This document shows positions 59,699 to 64,000 of a DNA stretch of 64,000 nt, one piece after another. The stretch's first letter is position 1, and each line of letters begins with the position of its first letter. This DNA comes from an uncultured Planctomycetota bacterium (GTDB taxonomy: Bacteria > Planctomycetota > Planctomycetia > Isosphaerales > Isosphaeraceae), in NCBI GenBank assembly GCA_963737655.1, contig CAVTTN010000002.1, forward strand, positions 7,296,001-7,360,000, given 5' to 3'. The translations under genes and the position numbers were made by a program. A model generated the notes under the pieces. That model was given only the letters and a program-made list of their open reading frames with translations. It was not told the origin of the DNA and did no database searches.

Positions 59699-61530
59699 GA
59701 ACCTCTCCGCCTGGTTCGACGCGCGGACCGGGTACAAGGCCCTCCTCCACGAAGCCCTCGACGAGCCGATCCCCGGCGGGGCCCGCTGGCGATACGTGTT
59801 CGGCTCGGCGCTGACGATCACGTTCTTCATCCAGCTCGCCACCGGCATCCTGCTGATGACGGCGTACAGCCCCTCCAGCTCCACGGCCTGGGGCAGCGTC
59901 TACTACATCAGCCACGTGATGACGTTCGGCTGGTTCCTCCGGGGCATCCACCACTTCGGCTCCCAGGCGATGGTCGTCCTGCTGATCCTCCACATGATCC
60001 AGGTCGTCATGGCCGGGGCGTATCGGGCGCCGAGGGAAGTGAACTGGTGGTTCGGGATGCTCCTGATGGCCGTGACCCTGGGGTTCAGCCTCACGGGCTA
60101 CCTCCTGCCCTGGGACCAAAAAGGCTTCTGGGCCACGAAGGTGGCGACCAAGATCGCCAGCGGGACGCCCGGGATCGGCCCGGCGATCGAGCGCGTGGTG
60201 GTCGGCGGCGACGACTACGGCAACCAGACGCTCACCCGGTTCTACGGCCTCCACGTCGGCGTGCTCCCCCTGCTGTTGATCGCGATCCTCGCCGGCCACG
60301 TCGCCCTGTTCCGCAAGCACGGCATCACCCATCCGAAGAACCCCGTCGGAGAGGACAAATTCTGGCCCAAGCAGGTGTTTTTGGACACCGTGGCCGGCGC
60401 GATCGTGATGGCGATCCTCTCGTTCCTGGTCCTCCGCGAGCACGGCGCCCCCCTGGACGCCCCGGCGGACCCGTCGAGCCTGGAATATCCGGCGCGGCCG
60501 GAGTGGTATTTCCTCTCGCTCTTCCAGATGCTCAAGAAGTTCCCCGGAAAGTATGAATTCGTGGGGACGATGGTGGTCCCCGGGGCGATCGCCGCGGTCT
60601 TGCTGATCCTCCCCTTGCTCGACAAGCTCCTGCCCCGGGGGTTCGCCCATTTCCTGGCGTGCGGGTTCGTCTTCGGACTGGTCGGCGGGGCCGGCTACCT
60701 GACGTATGAGGCGATGGAGTCGGACCGCCGCGACACGAAGTTCCAGGAGAGCCGCGCTGGCCGATCGGGACGCGAAGAGGGCGCTGGCCCTGGCCGAGAG
60801 CCCGCGAGCGGGCATCCCGCCATCGGGGGCGTCGGACTTGCTCAAGACCGATCCGAAGACCCGGGGCCACGAGCTCCTGGCGCAGAAGTGCCTCGGCTGC
60901 CACCGTTACGGCGACGAGACCCAGGCCGGCAAGGATGCCGCGTTCCGGGCTCCGAACCTCGCCCATTTCGGCTCGCGCGCCTGGCTCCGCGGCCTCCTGG
61001 ACAACCCGAGCGACCCGAGTTACGCCGCCCGGGTGCCGAAGGCGCCGGGGTCGAAGGAAGGGACCGAGAAGCCCCTGAGCGGCATGAAGAAGTGGAAGGA
61101 ACTCTACGACCTCGAGCCCGACGAGCGGCAGAAGGTCGTCGAGTTCGTCGGCACCTTCGCCCGGATTCCGGCCGACGTCGAGGTGGACGACTGGGCGGCC
61201 GACCCGAAGGTCAAGGCCCACCCGGGGTATGAGATCTTCGTCGAGAACTGCTGCCGGTGCCACGCCGTCGGCAAGCTCGGGACCGACGACAAGGAGCTGC
61301 GGGCGCCGGGCCTGTTCGCCTGGGGATCGCCCCAGTGGACGGCCCGGATGATCGCCCACCCCGGCTCGAAGTCGCTCTACGGCTTCCTCAAGCCCCACGA
61401 GCAGATGCCGGCGTTCGGTTCGGACCAGCTCACGAAGAATGACCTGGAGATGATCGTCCGATTCCTGGAGGACGACTTCGTGGGGGCCGTCCATCCGACG
61501 GACAAGGGTCAGGTGCAATCCCTGGATTGA
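59691..61530 (+). CDS. Cytochrome b fused to diheme cytochrome c (apparent frameshift about 60753)
   Basis: Four heme-b His, GYLLPWDQ, PEWY; second frame carries CLGCH and CCRCH. Confidence 0.88.
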
Positions 61531-61918
61531 TCGCGGGGTCGGACGGTCGTTCCCCGGCTCGTCTTGCATCGACCGATACCCCCGCTTCCCATCGGATCGG
61601 AAGCGGGAATCCCTTGTTTTTCCGCCATTTTCTCGGATTTTGCTTGAGTCGGGGCGATCGGGTCGCTATCTTCGACCTCGCAATTCGGAGCCGACTTCAA
61701 CGAGTCGCAAACCGCCTTCGAACCGCGACACACCCTCCGTTCGTAGAAGACGACTTCGGGATCTTGCGACCGCGGCGGGCCCCACGGATTGGGCCTCGTC
61801 GCCCCTGGCGGCCGTCCCCTCGCGCCTCGGCCTCTCCTCGAGCGGCCGGGGTCCCCCCTTTCGGGAGGGCGGTCTTGAGGAACGGATTTCGCTCTCGCCA
61901 CCGCAAGGAAGGGATGCC

Positions 61919-62688
61919 ATGACGAAGGATCGCCCGCTGATCGGCCTGAACGCCGACGTGTTCACGCCCGCCAAGGGTCGTTCTCCCCACACCATCCTCC
62001 ACTCGGGCTACTACGATTGCCTGGTGACCGCCGGAGCGGTCCCGGTGATCCTGCCGCCCCTGACCAAGGAGCAGGACCTCGCCCCGATCCTCGACACGCT
62101 CGACGGCGTGATCCTGACCGAGGGAGACGACCTCGACCCCAAGAAGATGGGCCTCGCCCCCCACCCCTCCATCAAGGTCATGCCCGAGAGGCGCGAGACC
62201 AGCGATCGGCTGCTCTGCAAGCTGGTCCAGCAGAGGAAGATGCCCGTGCTCGGAGTCGGCCTGGGGATGCAGGAGCTCAACGTCGTCTACGGCGGCGGGA
62301 TCTTCATCCACCTGCCCGAGGACCTGCCCAAGAGCATCCCTCACCGAGACCCGCAGGGCGGCGCCCATCGCCACATCGTCATCATGGAGAAGGGGACGAT
62401 GATGGAAGACATCTACGGGGACGGCGAGATCTGCGTGAACAGCTACCACCACCAGGGCATCCGCAAGGTCGCCCCGGGTTTCCGCGCCGGGCGCTCGCCC
62501 CCGATGGCCTGGTCGAGGCGATCGAGTGGAAGGGGGAGGACTGGTTCTGCGTGGGCGTCCAGTGGCACCCGCAGAACGAGGGGAACATCTCGCTCGACAT
62601 GCAATTGATCGAGGCGTTCGTCAACGCCGCGGCGAAGGCCAGCCCGGTCAAGCTCAAGACCGGCCTGAGCCTGGCCAAGGCCGGCTGA
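61919..62688 (+). CDS. Peptidase C26 / PuuD-like glutamine amidotransferase homologue (apparent 1-nt deletion about 62490)
   Basis: AGAVPVILPP, LGVGLGMQELN, VNSYHHQ, APDGLVEAIE, GVQWHP. Confidence 0.88.
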
Positions 62689-62813
62689 TCGAACCGGCGG
62701 ACGACCTCCGCACCGAGACGTCACGAGGCGGCGTGTCCACACGGAGGTGGGCATGCCGCCCTCTTTCGAATCCCGGAACGGCGTCTCGCCCGCGAGGGGC
62801 CCAGGCCCATGTC

Positions 62814-62899
62814 GGGTGACATGCTTACGAAGACGTAAGCATGCCTTCGGTGGATGGTTGGACCGAAGACATGCTTACGAAGACGTAAGCATGCCACCC
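62814..62899. repeat. GGTG-type REP doublet
   Basis: ACATGCTTACG-AAGA-CGTAAGCATGCC at 62819-62845 and 62869-62895, bounded by GGGTG/CACCC; degenerate hairpin at 62727-62760. Confidence 0.8.
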
Positions 62900-62928
62900 G
62901 AAACCCGGGATCCTCTCGCGAGCCGGGC

Positions 62929-64000
62929 TCACTTGGGCGGGTCGCCCCCTTCGGCGGGCGGTTGGTCCTCGGCCGGCGGGGGCGTGACGGGCGGCTCACC
63001 CTGGGGCGGGAGGTAGCCGAACGGCTTGGCCTTGGGGTCGCGGAACGACCTCGGCGTGGCGAATCCCGCCTCGCGGAGGCTCAGGAGGAAGCCGCCCTTG
63101 GTGGCGAAGTACATCCGGTCGTTGTCGAAATTGGTGTAGATCAGGTCATAGTCGCGGAGGCTCACGCCGGCGCGGTCGCGAGTCTCGCGAGGCCCGGCCA
63201 CGAGTCGGCCGCTGACCCGGTCCACGATCATGAGGTCCTTGTCGAACGTGGAGATGTAGATGCGCGACCCGCCCAGGGCCATGAGCGTCCCGCCCTGGGT
63301 CGCCAACGACCAGTTCGGCAGCCCGGTCAGGACGTTGATGGCCGTGAGCGACCCGACCGTGTTCATGGAATAGGCCACGTCGCCGGCGACCAGAGGCCGC
63401 TGCTTCAGGGCGGCCCCGGTCGGGAGCGACCATTTCGTCTCGCCGTTGTAGAGGTCCACGGCGTAGACCGTGCCGTCCTCGGACGAGACGAGCAAGGTCC
63501 GCGTCCCGTGGGTGGCCAGCCCGGCGGAGATCGGCCCGGCGGTCAGGTAGCGGAACAGGACCGTCGGCGGGTTGTCCTGCGCGACGTAGAGCCGGCCGTC
63601 CTGGCTGGCGAAGGCCGTGACCTTGTCGGTGGGGACCGGCCGGGACGTCAGCGGGCCGAAGGTTCGGAACGCCCAGGCGAACGTCCCGGCGGATCGGCCC
63701 GGGGGGTTGTCCCTGGTGTGGTCGCGGGCGTTGTACGCCTCGAGGGAGCCGCTGGCCATGCCGAGCATGACCCGCTCCTCCGTGGCCACCGGGGTGCCCA
63801 CGGCCGTGCCGTCCATCGTCTTGGTCCAGACGACCCGGCCCGTCCTCCGGTGGATCGCATGGAGCTCCCGGCCGTTGGCGGCGAACGCCAGGTCGGAGTT
63901 GACCGCGACCGGCCGGTTGTCGAGGCTCCGGTTGCCCAGGTCCACGCTCCAGAGGAACCGGCCGCTCTCGGCGTCGTAGGCATAGAGGTTGCCCGCGTCG
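62929..64000 (-). CDS. PQQ-like beta-propeller repeat protein (BamB-like), 5' end beyond window
   Basis: Repeated AxD/xxTGxxxW tryptophan-docking motifs. Confidence 0.85.
   Translation of the reverse strand, partial: DAGNLYAYDAESGRFLWSVDLGNRSLDNRPVAVNSDLAFAANGRELHAIHRRTGRVVWTKTMDGTAVGTPVATEERVMLGMASGSLEAYNARDHTRDNPPGRSAGTFAWAFRTFGPLTSRPVPTDKVTAFASQDGRLYVAQDNPPTVLFRYLTAGPISAGLATHGTRTLLVSSEDGTVYAVDLYNGETKWSLPTGAALKQRPLVAGDVAYSMNTVGSLTAINVLTGLPNWSLATQGGTLMALGGSRIYISTFDKDLMIVDRVSGRLVAGPRETRDRAGVSLRDYDLIYTNFDNDRMYFATKGGFLLSLREAGFATPRSFRDPKAKPFGYLPPQGEPPVTPPPAEDQPPAEGGDPPK

Noticed and set aside
62819..62895. Mini-CRISPR (27-nt palindromic direct repeat with 23-nt spacer)
   Set aside because: Two copies only, bounded by GGGTG/CACCC and related to other REP hairpins; no cas genes or leader.

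Overview
High-GC bacterial chromosomal segment. Gene content (several Uma2 paralogues, a DUF4058-like remnant, DUF1573, a GGM-tailed secreted protein, a Rieske/cytochrome b-c fusion) points to a planctomycete, probably Isosphaeraceae-like; this is inference. About 63 coding regions are supported. Most are housekeeping (proA, folP, hemW, phoH-HD-ybeY-hlyC-recO-bamD-lptE, carA, purA-uppS-cdsA, nrnA, Rieske/cyt b). They are interspersed with small nuclease or toxin genes (4x Uma2, GxxExxY, HNH-like, hicBA) and an arsR-arsM-phosphatase operon. No rRNA, tRNA, CRISPR array, transposase or integrase was recognised. About 11 single-site frameshifts, including in purA, proA and recO, look like long-read sequencing errors rather than pseudogenes. 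The most striking unexplained structure is non-coding: three intergenic inverted-repeat elements (36.05, 39.8 and 44.3-44.85 kb) share a 'three heptamers in a row' terminal grammar. One encloses a GxxExxY PD-(D/E)XK nuclease gene and two are empty, suggesting a RAYT/REP-like nuclease-plus-repeat mobile system. Separate GTAG- and GGTG-type REP/REPIN hairpins also occur. Two repeat elements overlap the stop codons of both flanking convergent genes and carry duplications of gene-end sequence. Other leads are an A9 tract plus a single in-frame TGA joining two ORFs, and three catalytically altered enzymes (FHA pseudokinase, ABC ATPase, C26 hydrolase).
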